This document shows positions 36,531-62,226 of a stretch of 64,000 nucleotides of DNA, one piece after another. The first letter of the stretch is position 1. Each line of letters begins with the position of its first letter. The position numbers were made by a program, and so were the translations under genes. The stretch is from the NCBI GenBank assembly GCA_036172245.1, contig JAYWIR010000011.1, positions 1,178,001 to 1,242,000 of the forward strand, in the 5' to 3' direction. The DNA comes from Raillietiella orientalis (lineage: Eukaryota). Below the pieces are notes generated by a model, which was given only the letters and a program-made list of their open reading frames with translations, searched no databases and was not told the origin of the DNA.

Positions 36531-39019
36531 AACGGTACGCGCCAAAATCGGCCCGCCGCAAAGTCGGCCGTCAAGCGGTGCGGAGGGTTCTTCGGACGGA
36601 CGGCCCGGCCAATGGAGGCGAATCTCGCGTCGAACCGAGCGACCCTTGGTGGAATCTTTGCCTTCGCACCTGGGCACGCCGCCGCAGCAACTGGTTTCGA
36701 TCGCCGTCTCCGGGATGGCACTCCTCGAGCGTCGCGAGGTGATTAGCCGAAATTCTTCTTCCCCTTGGATGGCTCTGCTCGGGAGGAAAACAAGGAAAAG
36801 CGGTCACCGCTTGTTTCGAGGCGAGCGCGAATGGCACGCGCGCTTGCAAAGTCCACGCACGAATCCCTCGTAGGTATTGGCACGCGCTCAACGGGTAGGA
36901 ACGCGTAAGCAGGTCGCGCCGAGCGAACGCGCGTTACGTTTGCGTGACGCAACCCAAGCGGCGAAAACAATGGGGGGGCTGCGGCGCGGAGGAAGTGTAG
37001 CACAATGTAAGTCGACCGTGGAAACCGCCGCGCACGGTGTGGGGAGGCACACGGCGGCGACCTAGGGGGGGAAGCCGGAACTCTGCGTTATGTACCCCCC
37101 GAAATGCGACAGGCTCGCGGGATGCGGGAGCGGTGCAGCTCCGGGCTCGACGCAGACCGGAAGCACGCGCGTGAGAAGACGTTCGTTCTTCTTCGCGGAT
37201 CGCGGAAGTCATCGCACGCGCGCTCGTCATCGTCGATCGCGTCCAGTCTTAACCTCCCCCCCCCCCCCCATTCCATTACCCTCTCCGCCCCGCAGAGCAC
37301 GCTTACGCGTGCGTGAATCGCTCGCGCCGGTGCACCACCAGCGCCAGTCCCAGCTCGTTGGGGGGTGGAGGGCGCTCAAGGAGGGCACCGCATCCGTTTT
37401 GGCCACTCGATTTTCCTCCGCGGCAAAGCGGAGGAAGCGCACAACTTGGCGTTCCCTCTTCCCAGCTGTGGCGATCGAAGCTTTCGCAAAGGCTATATCA
37501 TCTCTTCGTCAGCGTCTTCATCCGATTGGTCCTTCCGGAACTCACCGCGGGAGGCAGCAGCATCCTTCCCCTGTTTCCATCAGACGAAGAGATTTCGATG
37601 TTCCGCGAAGCAACACGCAGTAGCAACACGCATCCGCGCGCTCGACGGGGGGGAGGCGCGTCTGCCCCGAAGAGTCTTCATGCTTGAAGCCGAGTCCGCA
37701 CGGGCTCTCCGTGAACGCTCGCGGGAGTCGATGGCGAAGCTGCAGGGCAGCCGATGCCACGAGAAGGGAAATGAAGGACAGGGTCGCCTTGGATAAAGAA
37801 GAGGGGAACTCTGGCCCACGACGCTGCCTTCCGGAAGGGCGCGCGTTTGTGGCGCCCACGGGAAGGTCGGAACGGGACCTCCGGAAGACGCCGCTGACCC
37901 CAGGCGCCAGGGCAAAGTACGACCTCGTTTCTAGGTCATTGGAAGGCGTCTCCCTGTCTCTTCTTCCGCCTCCCTCCTCCCCTCCCCATACCGGGAGGGG
38001 CACGGTCCCGGGAGTGCTCAGACATACGACCTTCCCGCTCACCGATAGGGCTTCTAGGTCGAAGGGGAAGTGAGCTGCGCCGGATTTCCACGACCTGGTG
38101 GTAACCTTCGCCTGACCTTCAGACAAGGGAGAGCGAGAAATGCGGAGGAAGGTACTGACTTCTTGCAACCGCCAGAGGCGCAGTGGGACGACAGTGGCGG
38201 CAGCTACCGTACCGTGATGGGGGGTGGGGGGAGGAGGGCGGGGGGGAATGCAGGCCGATCGCTTCGCCCGATCCGCGCGCGCTGGCTGCTCTTGTCTCCG
38301 CCGCCAGCGGCCGTCGGCGAATGCGCCGCTGCTGCCGCCTGCGGGGAGCAGTCCACCACTGCAGTAGCAGGAGGCGAGCCCAGGCCAGGTCCGTTTGCGC
38401 TGCTCGCCCCTGGAATCGGCCTCCCGCTTCCGGCGAGAGAGGGAGGGGACGGGAGGGGAGGGAGACCTGCCGGCAAGTGCCAGGCGGGACCTGCTCTCCT
38501 CTCGATGCGCTCCGGCGGGGTTTACGGTTTGCGCGTGCGCACGGGCGCACGCCCGCTTGCTGTGGAGACGCCGCCGCTGCAAATCGACGCGCGCGCAAAC
38601 CGTAAACCTGCCGTGCAAACCAACCAGCCGACGCCGACGCAGTGCATGACGTCACTCTGCCGCATTTTTCAGAAACGCATCACGTGACACCTAGCGGAGA
38701 GCGAATGCAACAATGCGAGTTGGATCATGGTAGAAGAGAGAAGAGCTTTGGGCTCTCTGCGCAGGGGTACCAGGCACACCCCTGAACCTTGCGGATGGGC
38801 TGCTTCGCAGTTCTCCAGGAGGGCGGAGATCCTGGACATCCCGTTCCATGGGAGCGGTAGTAGCAGGAGCCCTCGTTTCCGGTTGCGCGGTCGCTTTCGT
38901 CTCGTAGGCGGCAGAGTCAGAGGATGACCCGCGCGCTAGGCGACACCTTGCCGTGCTCCGGTTCGGGATTCGTCTCGTACCGCGGTTAGGGGTTAGGAAG
39001 ATGAGCCGGACCCGGTCCA

Positions 39020-40500
39020 GCTACCGGGAGTCTCTACTCTGGTGGATCGGAGAGGGCGGGTAGCTGCTTCGGCAAGGGTGAAGAGGATCTCGGCGCGGCT
39101 CATCTTCGAGTGGCGTGATCATCGCAGGGAAGGACCGCGATGGATGCGATTTCCGGTGCAAGTTCCCTGGATCTTTGGAGTTTCCCAGCCGGCCCTCGCA
39201 CAAGAAAACGTCTTGGAAGACTCTCCAGCAGCATCGCTACTTCCCATGGGCCGGAAGGGCTGGATGGGGGGAGGAGAGGAGCAGGATGGCTTCGAACCGT
39301 CAGGTGGCACGATAAGAAACTCACGGGGTCTCACTCTCTCCCCCGAAGTCACCAGGCAAAAGATTCGAAGTGCTCCAGGAGGCGCGAATCCAGGCGGCAG
39401 AACTTGGCCGTCTGAGGGTCTCACGGCTTCCGAATTTCGCGCGCTCCCTCCGCCCCCTCCCAGCGTTCGGTACGTCCCTGAGGGAACGCATAGAGAGATC
39501 TACGGGGATCAGGGGTTTTTCTCCCATTGCAGTAGAGGGAGAGGGACCTCCCCCCTTCCCCCCAGGTTGCTTTGGGATGACGAGCAATGAGGGAAACGCG
39601 CGCGCGCGGGAGACTTAAGTGACCTTCGAGACTTCGTGGAAGAAGAGGCCGTAGGAGAAAACGGGTGAGTTCCCAGCCGGAAGGTTTCCGCCTGAGGGAA
39701 CGCGGCGGGGTCCTCTTTCCGTCTCCCATCCCTTCGATTGCATGGATGGAGGGAGACGGGAGAAGATGACGAGGCAGGGCTGACTGACTGAAGGATGATG
39801 GGTGCCCTCCTTTCGAGAGGGCAAATGCGAGGAGGCGAGAGCGTCCTCTCATCCTCTCTTCGTCAGGGCATCCACTTCCTTCAGTGAGCAGGGCAGCACC
39901 TCTCTTTTGGGGGGAGGAGGGGTAGGGGACGCTTCTGTTTCCTCGAGACGCGACCGCCTGGCTCGAGACTCGAGCATCTGGTGTGTCGACCTGCAGCAGA
40001 CTCACCCACGAGCAGATCTTCTCTCCTTCCGCCCTCCTCCCGGGCAGCAGTAGCGCTCTCCGAGGGGGCTGAAGATGCGCACTTGTTGGTCCGCCGCCAC
40101 GAGTGCTGCTTCGGTGAGTCCGACGATGCTGAAGCGCCTCTGATGCGAGTCCGACGGAGTAAAGTAGGGGAGGGGGAGGGGGGGAGAGGTGCACTGTCCT
40201 GAGAATATCTGACAGGAAATTGACTCCAATGGCGCCACACGACAACGACCGGGACACCGTCCTAGAAGTTCGAACGAGCTGGTGCACAGCTCAGCGAAAG
40301 GCCGTCCGTCCGTCTTTAAGACTGCTGTCACATGAGCGACCTGGGATTGCTAGGAACCGTGACCCATGGTTCCCGAAGCTGGAGAACCTAGGAAAATTGT
40401 TGCGGAAGCCACATCCCACGTTTCGTAGCCTTGATGAAGCGGAACGTTCCCTGCCCGCGGATGAAAAATCTCTGGGACCACCTTAAGGACCTTTCTCTCG
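39020..40500 (-). mobile_element. Degenerate LINE fragment (pre-RT/RT N-terminal region)
   Basis: PSGPWEVAMLLESLPRR...GPAG...RELAPEIA resembles the 'EV..al..l...KaPGpDG...' region preceding non-LTR RT. Frames are broken; boundaries approximate. Confidence 0.35.
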
Positions 40501-40693
40501 CCACGCATGCTGCGTTGCCCACAACTACAGTGGACAGCATCCATCAGTAATTATTACGGAACGTATTCGTTGTTGCTGATCTATAGGCGTTCATCAGAGA
40601 GTAACGACCGCCTTCCATCTAAAACATGAAGACATGGAGACAACATGGTCATCAAGTTTTTCATCGTTGTCAAGGGCAGAAATGGATATGTCA

Positions 40694-42869
40694 TCTCATT
40701 CTTGGAAGCTTTGGCTAACATCTAAGTGCTTCGCGGTTTGTGGTTTCATGCATGAAGTTTAAAATTCTCCTTATGGTTTTTTACAGTGATTCTGAAAGGA
40801 ATAAATTTAGTCTCTTCAGGTTTAAACTGTTTGATGCGGTACATAAAATGACATTCTGGAAATTTCTCACATGTAGACGTAGATTTATTATTTTGTCAGA
40901 ATAGCATTTTGGTAAATAAGCAGGTTTAATTCATTCCATGATTTTGGACAAAACTTTGAAAAGTTGGTACTCTGATTGTTGTGCTGCGCTCATCTCGACC
41001 TATTCCCGCCTATTCGACATAGACAAGCAGTTATGTATTCACATGCAGAGTGAGACTCCTTCAACAGATGCCAGTTAGTCAGAATGAATGGCATCGGATG
41101 CTCACGGAGTTCGTCTCCTGTTTTGTGAACTTTCTGTGAGCTTAAATCAGACCTCGCATGTCGGTTTGATAACTTCCGAGGCTCTCTGTTTAGCTTTTTC
41201 CAGAGAATTAGATTACTATTTTCTGATAGATGCAACACACGCTGCTTGCTGGGTGCAAATAAGAAGAAACGATAATCAATGATCATGATTCATGTCGTGG
41301 ACCGTCATTGGTCAGCTCATGCCAGTAAAGTAGGGCTTTTTCTTTTTTCTCCTGGAATAATGAGATCGATATGCCTCTTTGCTAGTACGTCTAGCTTACT
41401 CACAGAACGGTATGAAAGTGTAAAGTAAGATAAGGAAGTCAATTCGGAAGAACTGAAGATGAATCAACCTGCACATCAAAGTCTCCGGATCGGGGAAATC
41501 CCAGAGAAAGGGAAATAATTGATACATGATTCGACATTGTGAAAGGAGCTAAAGCGATGTTGAAAGAGTGAGACATGCATAGAAAATATAAATAGTTTTA
41601 AGCAGTCTGATAATAATATTTCTCTGTGTCGAAGTGTTTTAAAAGTCATACGTAGCAACAAACATCAGAATGCTGAGAATATCCACGAGATAATTGTCAA
41701 TGAAAGCAATAAAAATTTCTCTATCGGGGATGCTGGATTATGCGCGGAATGTAGAAATGCATACGTGCTCTCATTCTTGGAAGTTTTGGCTAATGTCTAA
41801 GTGCTTCGCGGTTTGTGGTTTCATGCATGAAGTTTAAAATTCTCCTTATGGTTTTTTACAGTGGTTCTGAAAGGAATAAATTTAGTCTCTTCTTTACAAG
41901 TCTTAACAATCTTGCCATCCTAATGATTTTTCACATATGCAGCTTTCGGATTTTGATTTACACAAGTATTTTTGTTTTCTTTTTGAAATTTCTCCCACAA
42001 TCCAGACACGAAATTTTGCTCGTACGTTCCTTTATAATTTGTATTTTATGTACATAGATTTTTCGTTTTTTATTTCTGCTTGTTTTTTTTAAAAATAAAG
42101 CATCACCTTTTTTTAATGTGTCTGAAGTTGATTTTTGTCTTGGTTACAATTTAAAAATGGGAATTATCTTCTTTACTGTTTATTTTAAGTTTTTGTGTGC
42201 TTTCCCGACCTTTTACTTTTCTAAAGCTTTGAAGATTTGTATCTCTTTCAGCATGATGAAGAAATTTCAAGTAGAAATTTTCAACGCTTCCGAAGGTGTA
42301 TGTGATTTTATAAAATAATGGACAGCACTGTGCATGAATAAATATGAAATGTTGCTTTCAGTGTAAACACTTCCTTTTTTCAAGAAATATTGATATCTAT
42401 ATCACCTGAAAAATATAGAACAATTATCGAAAATCTTTTTAGATCCTATTGAACAAATGTTGTTTCGGAACGCTATTTGTTAAAAGAATAGACATAAAAG
42501 ATGAGAATTCTCAAATATTTAGCATGGAAATACTCGAAAAACCTTTTTTTGAATCTTTAAAGTTAGTCTAATGCTTAGAGAATAAGTGATTCCTAAATTT
42601 TTCTGTTCTCTAAACTCCCTAGTCATGCAAGAGCTGAAAGTGATTTCGCGCTGATTTTCAATTTGAAAAGCATGATTACCTGTTTAAATTGTTTGATGCG
42701 GTACATAAAATGACATTCTAGAAATTTCTCACATGTAGATGTAGATTTGTTATTTTGTCAGAATAGCATTTTGGTAAATAAGCAGTTTTAATTCATTCTA
42801 TAATTTTGGAAAAAACTTTGAAAAGTTGGTACTCTGATTGTTGTGCTGCGCTCATCTTAACTTATTCCC
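40694..42869 (+). repeat. Local duplication upstream of RPB1
   Basis: 40694-40817 matches 41769-41892 (124 bp). 40820-41007 matches 42682-42869 (188 bp). Few substitutions. Confidence 0.9.
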
Positions 42870-43006
42870 AAGTGACGGTGGGGATAAATGCACCGTGCTC
42901 ATCTTATGCAGTACTCTATTTAGTATCATGCATATATTTTGCCCCTCATGTTAGTAGTCGTTAGAATTTAAAGATCTAGGTGTTAAGTTTTTTGTAGAAT
43001 TTAAGC

Positions 43007-54613
<11,607 letters not shown>

Positions 54614-54721
54614 TTAAATTCATTCTTGTTTATTTTTGTGACATTAAAGAATTACATTACTTTTACAAGCATCTTTATTATTGGGAGGTTAAGTACAATT
54701 CCAAGATTATTGCTGCACCTT

Positions 54722-55208
54722 CTAGTTTTCTGAACAGCTTCCAGGGACATCTGGAACTGCTTCTAGGCCCTAGAGAATACACTGTCATTTCAAATAAACA
54801 CTACAAAAGGCTTACCGGAGCTCCGTACGCGAAGAATTTTCCAGTGAGTCTCCAATCCCTTAACATCGTTAGGTGTTCTCGTGGTGTGTTCACTTTCTTC
54901 TTGTACGGCTAAAAAAGAATTCCGTTCCTTTCCTTCACCTATCAGCTTTCAAGTAACAAAGGCGCAAGTGAAACGAAACATTGGAATTGCAGGGCTTTGG
55001 TATCAAAAACGCAAGTCTAAAGTACGTAAATTAAGAGTGCTAAACAAATGTTTACCAAGTAACTGTTATTGGAAATCCGAAAAATTTTAAAAAACAAGTC
55101 ATCACTTACACTTCCATTGTAAAGCGTATTCGTCAGCCAAACGAAACCTTCAATGCTGCTCAGAGCTCCAGCAACGATAACTGTCGGTACTATTATTCCA
55201 TACCACAT
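54722..55208 (-). CDS. NDUFA1: NADH dehydrogenase (ubiquinone) 1 alpha subcomplex subunit 1 (MWFE), 79 aa
   Basis: Exons 55208-55110, 54908-54816, 54769-54722 give MWYGIIVPTVIVAGAL...NGS-PYKKKV...MLRDWRLTG...-GLEAVPD...*, matching MWFE family hallmarks (MW start, TM helix, RD.RLTG, GLE.I/V). Confidence 0.85.
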
Positions 55209-58200
55209 GATACAGCGGATGTCGGAAACACAGTCAAAAACTTAAATGAAAAACACTGCGAATGATGAATGCGAAAATTAACTAAAGATGACTTTGTTTA
55301 TTTTGAAGTTTGGTGCAATTCAACGCACTTGTCACTGTACGCATACGGTGACCCCCAAAGGAATGTCCCAATGGATAATCGATAAAATTACTTGGAAAAC
55401 ATGAATTTCGCACAAATACATTTAATGCTTTGGGAATGTTGACTGGCAACCTTTACCGTGAACACTGCATTGAAACGTTCAATGCTGAAAGTCTGTTCAG
55501 TGCATTTGCAAGGTGCCCAAATTCGCAAAATAAAAATTCATAACGAGTGTTGCGAGTTGACACTTCTAACGGAATCAATTCTTAGATGCTTTCCAAAGTT
55601 ACAACACAATTCGACAGAGTACACCAATTGAAGAGGCTTACTTTGTTCAAGTGCAGATAGCGTTTATATCAAATATTAATATTTGATGATTATTTTCTCC
55701 ATTTTGCATCTTTGTTGATGTTTTGCTTATTCCCATGAAAAATCAACCACTGCAATAAAAATAAGTTGTATTAAAGGGGAAGGAATATTCGGATTTCCAA
55801 TTGATCCATTTGGAATGCTCCTAAAAAGAGCTTCTCAAAAAATATGCAGAGTGAGTCGAATCACAAACAAAAAGATCGATGGGAGTTCAGTGAAAACGTA
55901 AACATCACTAGATTATGTACTGTTGTACTGGAGTTATATGGAAAAGAACAGTGAAGGACTGAAAAATGAAGAGAAGCAATACAATGAAAAATGCTACTTT
56001 TTAATATGAGATCTTCCAATAAAAGAACAAAAACTGTCAATTGAGTTACAGAATTAATTTCTCTCCACAAAGTACATCAAGATATACTACCCAAACCACT
56101 CAGTCTAGATACATGAATGTGGTCAGCTACAGTTAGTTCGCTGAGCGACCACTGAGGTTTGCAAAATCTTTCAAAACTCATAACCCATTTGCAAAATTGA
56201 TAGTTCAAGAAGATCAGATCTCAATCTGTAGAATGAAACAATAAGTCCACTCATGCAAATTATTGGGAAAAGTTAAAATAATAACATCTGTCCGCCAAAC
56301 AAACTTCCGAGACAGAAAAGGGATACACTCTTTTTGGATTCCTAAATACAATGAGTCTCGGACTGAAGAGAGAACGAAGCAGATTTGATTCAAAGAGATT
56401 CAATTTCACAAATGAATTATCTTTAATTCATAACTGTAGATGAAAAATACCAAGAGCTCACAACTTCAACATGATTCAATGCATTGATGGCTGACTAATA
56501 ATAACTGTTAAGGATTAGCCAGGATACATTTGATTTTGTATTTAAAAATCTTCAAATAAGTGATAAAGAAACTGAAGGCCTCCTATCTCGTCACATGAAA
56601 AAATGGTTCCCCCCCCCCAAAAAAAAATTCTGCAGTTTCACACGAAGGATCCGATTTCTCAAAGTATGCGAGTCCTCCTCCTCCGAACTGAATATCCAAC
56701 AAGTCCGCTAAATCTCAACACATTGTATTGTGCAGTAAGAAGAAGAAAATTTCAGCTATATCACTTGAAAATTGTGATCTACGTACAGTATGGGATTTGA
56801 TGATATTTGTGATATTGGATTTGGCAAACTATAATGCTATGGTCATGCTGCTTACGGCTGGTTGAAGAATGAAGTTTCAAAATGTCTTAGGAAACTCAGA
56901 TTTGATTATAGAGGTGTGTTCGGTACAGAAGAATCTCTTACACAGATCAAACACTTGGCAAACAGATCACTTTCGTGTTGGTGAAAACAAGGTTTTTTTT
57001 TTTTTTTTTTTCCAAAAAACAATCATTACTGGCAATCAGCGTCGTCCTAAGAATCAGCAGTCCATTCGGGAAAACAGAATTTGGAAATTAAAAGTGTAAA
57101 CTTGAAAAACTTGAAGTTTGGAACCAATTTCTACGCTGAAAGTCCACGGCGAAAGGGGAAAGAAATTGGGATCCATCAAACCAGAAAATCGAAATGGAAC
57201 TTATTCTGCCGATTTTCTTTTGAGGGGAATGCAGCTTGATGTCTCCATCCGAAACCTTTGCGTGCTCTTAGCTCTTGCGAAGTTTTGGAATGAGCTTCCA
57301 CGGGCAAGCAAGGTAATAATTTTTTTCATGCCAATCATTTGAATCTTTGTGAAAAAAAACAAAAACAAAAAAAAAGGCATCTGGAGGCACAATAACAGTC
57401 TTCCTACGAATGAAAGTTTTGAATTGTAACTAACTGGAACGCCAATCATGGCTACCTTTTGAGAGAAAACGGCTACCAAGATTAAGCCGAAAACTTTGAA
57501 AAAGCCGAACTTTTTGTTGGCTTTCCACTTTCGAAAGCACCCTCTCGCTCACCTCTTCTTCCCTCAGTTCGCTCGTTCGTGGAGTGGGCTTCGACTTTCG
57601 TAGGACACACCGAACAGCCGTTCGCGCCGCCATGAGGGCGCCGTTTTCTCGCCTCTCGGAAGCAGGCTGACGTCCAAGAGTGGAAGGTTAGCCAAAGGCG
57701 GTAAAGCTCGCCTTCTTCCGTTGAGAATCGGGTCGAGGACTTCTCTGGAAGGAATCGTTCTCGTTCGTAGTTGGACATCTGCCACAATGCAAAGAGTCTC
57801 ACCTGGATTGCCCAAGGGCTTCTTCACCCTGGACCTCAGTCGAGGGATCACTCTCGTGAATGGCACATTTGTGCAACAACGGTCATAATATCCCAAGGAA
57901 AATACACCGCGGAGCAGCTTCCGTAATTTGATAAATGCTGTTTTCTTTGTGACCCCCGTTGCGATCATGTGACCTTCCTTTGCTTAGTCTACAGATGAGC
58001 GTTTGAGACACGGTAACGCGTCACTAAGAAGTTTGCTTGCACGTTCCTATTCCTCTGGAGCCACTGGGAAGAGGAGGAGGGGGGGGGGGAAATGCTCCGA
58101 ATCGCCAGTGCTTTGTTTTTCAATGGAAATGACCTTTGACCTTTTTCAATATGTGCGATACATGCCAACGTGCAGTTTCAAACAGCGAAGTCAATGTCTG

Positions 58201-60034
58201 CTTTAGTAAAGATCAAATTTAACAGCTGGTAGACGCAAATTGCATAATTAGAAGAAACTGGCTTGGTGTTGTACAGTTTTTAAATGTAATTAGGCGTCCA
58301 TGGTCGCCTCGTGCGCTGTACTAAACCAATAAAAATTTAGATGCGAGATGTAGATAAGATTTCTGTGGGGGATAAGTAGGGTCAAACGTGTCGGGTGTGG
58401 AGAATATAAAATTGGTGAATGATGCAGGATCTGTGTTCCAGCTACGATCCGAGTATGTTTACAGAGCCCTACGGATTTTGTGTGAATCAAACAGCCGTAA
58501 ATTTTTTTGCAGAAATGCTGCTGGATTCCGCGTTATCGTGTCTTGTTCAGCCCACTGTGCTTGCATTAAAGGGAGTCGGCGAGTTCTGTTTTTAAAGAAA
58601 TCCATTTTTTTTTTTTTGGAAGAGTTTCTTTTGCTAAATGAGCAACATTCGAGCAACCAAGAAGTGCGAATTCCCAAGGGTCATCCGTTGCCTCGGTAAC
58701 ACATGTGCGGTTTGGAAATGCCGCCGCCGCCCCTCGCAATCGGAGTGCTACCTAATCGAGAAAAATTCTTCCCGATGTTTGTCGAATCCTTTTTCATTCC
58801 TCCCTGATCCCAGAGCATCCTCTGAAACCAATAGACGCGCTGACTTTCATCTCTGCTTTCGGAGCGATGCGTTTCCCATCCGTGGAGAACAGCGCGCGCC
58901 TCTGCAAGATGAACCGGCAAAGCGGAATCCGCCGCCGTTGGCTCCTTTGGGAGCGATAGTCAAGGGCGTCGTCCAACGAGTGGATGCCCTTAGCTGTCCC
59001 GAAATGCATGGCTGTGCAAGGTCACCACTGCCGAGGCAGAAGGAGCCTTGAGAACAAACGGGGAGGCATGCATTCTGCAGCTTCCGTTTGCTCCATTCGC
59101 TCATGTGGCTGCATGTTGGTTCCCGTTTAACGAGCCGTCCACAAAGTGTACTGACGGTTTGGCTCCTTTTTTTTTTTTTTTTTCCTTTTTACGAGCAGAC
59201 TCACTGAGGAAATGCTGCTTCAGGACGCCGCCACCCGGGGTGAGCGTATGGCCCCGAATGCGCCTTCCGAGTGCTCTCTGAGCCCCCATGGCACTGACAA
59301 ATAGCCGCAAGACCTGTGAGAGGGGATACGAGCGAACTGTTTTGCACCGATGACCCGAGCGAGGTTCTTCCTAATTGGCAGATCAGGACATGTTTTCGAT
59401 TCCCATATGGCGAGAATGTGGGGGAACGTCGACCTTTTTCGAAGGATTTTCAGCCGGATTCTTTGTGCTCGCGTAGGCGAATCCTGACCATCTGATCGAC
59501 GGCAGAACAGGAAGGTCGATTCCGAAACCTTTTCGAAATCTAATGGATTTTTTTTTCATCTGCTTCCAGAAATTCGTTGGCGTGCCCCCCCACCCCCTCT
59601 GGCAGTGCTCCTACCAAACATGGAAAAGTGCTTTTCGATATTCCGTTCTGTGTTTGTCCGTTGCTCTCTCAGCAGCTTCGAGAAAAGGTCCTCCGAAGGT
59701 CTCTCCACCTTCCATTTCAGGGAAGGAGCCGGAGGCGCTATTCGGCGGACACCCATGCAAGTGGGGCTCGTGGGAGATACTGAACTCGCGGCACAGAATG
59801 AGCAGGATGCGAAACAGCACCACCCCGGCAAGCAGGGGACTGCTTGTCGGAAGCTCATTACAAAGTCCAAGCACGCTCGTGGGACGCTGCACAGGTCAGT
59901 GTGCATATCCACGAGGAGGTGAGGAGTACGAGCGAGAGAGCAGCGGCCTTTCTAAGGCGACGAATCCATTGCCCGGGCAGCATCGATGGATGATAAGGTT
60001 CCAGAAGTGTCGATTCGAGACCTTACTGCGAGCT

Positions 60035-60985
60035 GCCCGCGTCGGAGGCTTTGTGGTTAAGGCTTCCGCGCGTGGCACCATGCGTCGCGGGTTCGAATAC
60101 TTGGGCGGATAACTTGATGCCATTGCGTCGTTTGGGTTCCGAGTTTCTCCTGCAACGGCGCTGGTTGGCCGAGACATTCGGGCGTGGCCCCGGCGGTGGA
60201 TAAAGCCGGAGCCCCCCGGTGAAGGCCGGAACAATGGGAGTCGACCTTCGGGTCCTCCCAGGAATAAAGGAGAGGGGAGTTCCCCCTCCTGTGTGCAGAG
60301 GAGAGTGGACCCCCGTCACCGGGGGGACCGCCTCCGGTTTCAAGATGGAGCAGGAGCCCTCACGGGCACCTCTCCAGTCGTTCAAAGGAACGGACCCCCC
60401 TATTGGGGGGTCCCTCCGAGTCGTCGCCTCTTCACAGAGTGTGTACAAAGGAAAGAAGCTAAGCGAGAGCGATTCCCTGCGGGAAGCTGCAGCGCCCCTT
60501 CTGAGTTTCGGAAGCACCCCTGTGGGGGTTGTCTTCAGAGGAGTGAATAAAGGAGCGGTTCCCTTGCGGGTTCCCTCCGGAGAAGAAATTCCTAGAAGCG
60601 GATCCTTTCCGGGTTCCCTTCGGAGAAGTTGAAATGGAGAGGACCACCACCCCGCAAGGGGGGGGTGTGTCCCTCCGGAGAGAATGAGGAAGGAGAGTTC
60701 CCTTCGGGGTTCCCCTTCGGAGACAACCAGGGTGGGAGGTGAGATCCCCCCGTCCGGGGGGGATCCCTCCCCAAGCGTGAGAGGAACGGACTCCGAGCCC
60801 TTCCTGGATTCAATAGGGCGGACCCCATCCCGGGGTGCCCCCTATCCTGAAGAATATTACACTGAAGAATTACACGCCCCCCCCTGCGGGTTGCCGCGGA
60901 CAGGCGTGGAAACAAAACAGTGTGTTAATGTTTAAAAAGAGCCACGCGCGCCGCGAGGCACGCGACCGGCTCTGAGGTACTTAGC
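60035..60985 (+). mobile_element. tRNA-derived SINE, copy 2 (full head)
   Basis: tRNA-like head with A-box-like TGGTTAAGG (60054-60062) and B box GGTTCGAATAC (60090-60100). No TTTT on the sense strand. 3' stem-loop. Second copy at 8462-9378. Possible short TSD AGCTGC (60031, 60983). Confidence 0.85.
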
Positions 60986-62226
60986 TGCAGACGCTGTGGC
61001 ACGCACGGCCGCGCATTCTTCGAAACTCAACCCCCGGCGACTCTTCCGACTTTGGCGATCGTGGGAGGCGTCCGCTGATTGCCCATGCAGCAGCAGCAGC
61101 AGCACCATGCCGTGCCGGACTCCACCGAGCTTACGACCACCGACCACGGCGACGGTGATGCGCACGTGGCGGCCCGCCGACCGTGCGCGTTTCCAGGGCT
61201 GAGGGCAACCCGGCAGGCAGCTCGGTCCAGCGGGCAGTGGGAGCCTGGGCAGGGTTCGTGAGCGCGAGGCGCAGGCCCGCAGCTGTCCTGGACGTTGTCC
61301 AGGCCGAGGCGCGCAGACGGCGCTCCACGTGCAGCTTCCCTGCGAGCGGAGAACCGTTGCTGCTCTTCAGATCCGTCGCATTTGCTGCAACGCTTTGCAG
61401 ATCCGCAGATCGGAAGGTTTTCCTTTTTTACCATACCTTTTCTCTTTTTTTTTTCGAAAAAAAAAAAAAAGATACGTTCTTGCATGTAGAGATGTTTTCT
61501 TTAAATGACATCCATGGGTCAAATGCTCAGGCAGTGCTCCTGTAATGACAGCCGGCATGCACGTACACATCCGGGGGCGCCCGCCCGCGTGTCCGGTGTT
61601 TTCGCATAACTGGTTTGGTGTCATTCCAAGTTCTCGCAACACTCCCCTTCTTGTATTGAGTATGAGCATGGAGTTTCATCGTGTCCTTTTCCATGTCCCA
61701 TTTTTATCGATCGTTATTTTTTTTTTAACCCCCCAACCCCCCCAGCAAAATCGCCTTACGGCGATGGGCGTGGGTGGACAGCGGTCACGCAGACGTACCT
61801 CTCCCGAGGTGCACGTGCATGCCGCAAAATCATTTGCGAGGCGTCGCCCGGGGCGGTTTCGCGGATGACTGCTGCGAGTTTCGGGTAGACAGCCTCCCGA
61901 GTCTGCTTCCCGTGGCAACGGAAAAGCAGATGGAATAGATAATCCCGAAATGCAGGAAACGAGTGAACAAAGCGGGATCGGAGGAGATCGGACCTGATGC
62001 GCCTGGGCTTCCAGACCTCGTTCCTCAGCTCTCCCATCAAACAAGACCATGTGGACCGCCTTCGGGAAAGCACTCCGGAAGGTTCCGCGCTGGCGGTCGA
62101 ATGTGTTTGATGTCTGTGCCGATGGTCGTCCTGCATTCGTGTTTCGCCGCGAGCCTTTCCGGTTCGGCCTGGAACCGCAGCCTGGAATCGGTTTCTCCGC
62201 GCCAGCTGGTGATCAACACCGGCGAG

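Noticed and set aside
60845..60930. Hammerhead ribozyme (CTGAAGA...stem...GAAAC) in the SINE
   Set aside because: Extra bases separate the core from stem II, the cleavage triplet would be GUG, and copy 1 has CTGAATA at the equivalent position.
60938..60985. Helitron 3' end (hairpin plus terminal CTTAG)
   Set aside because: Not a CTRR end, no A|T insertion site, and a long TSD plus Pol III boxes point to retroposition.
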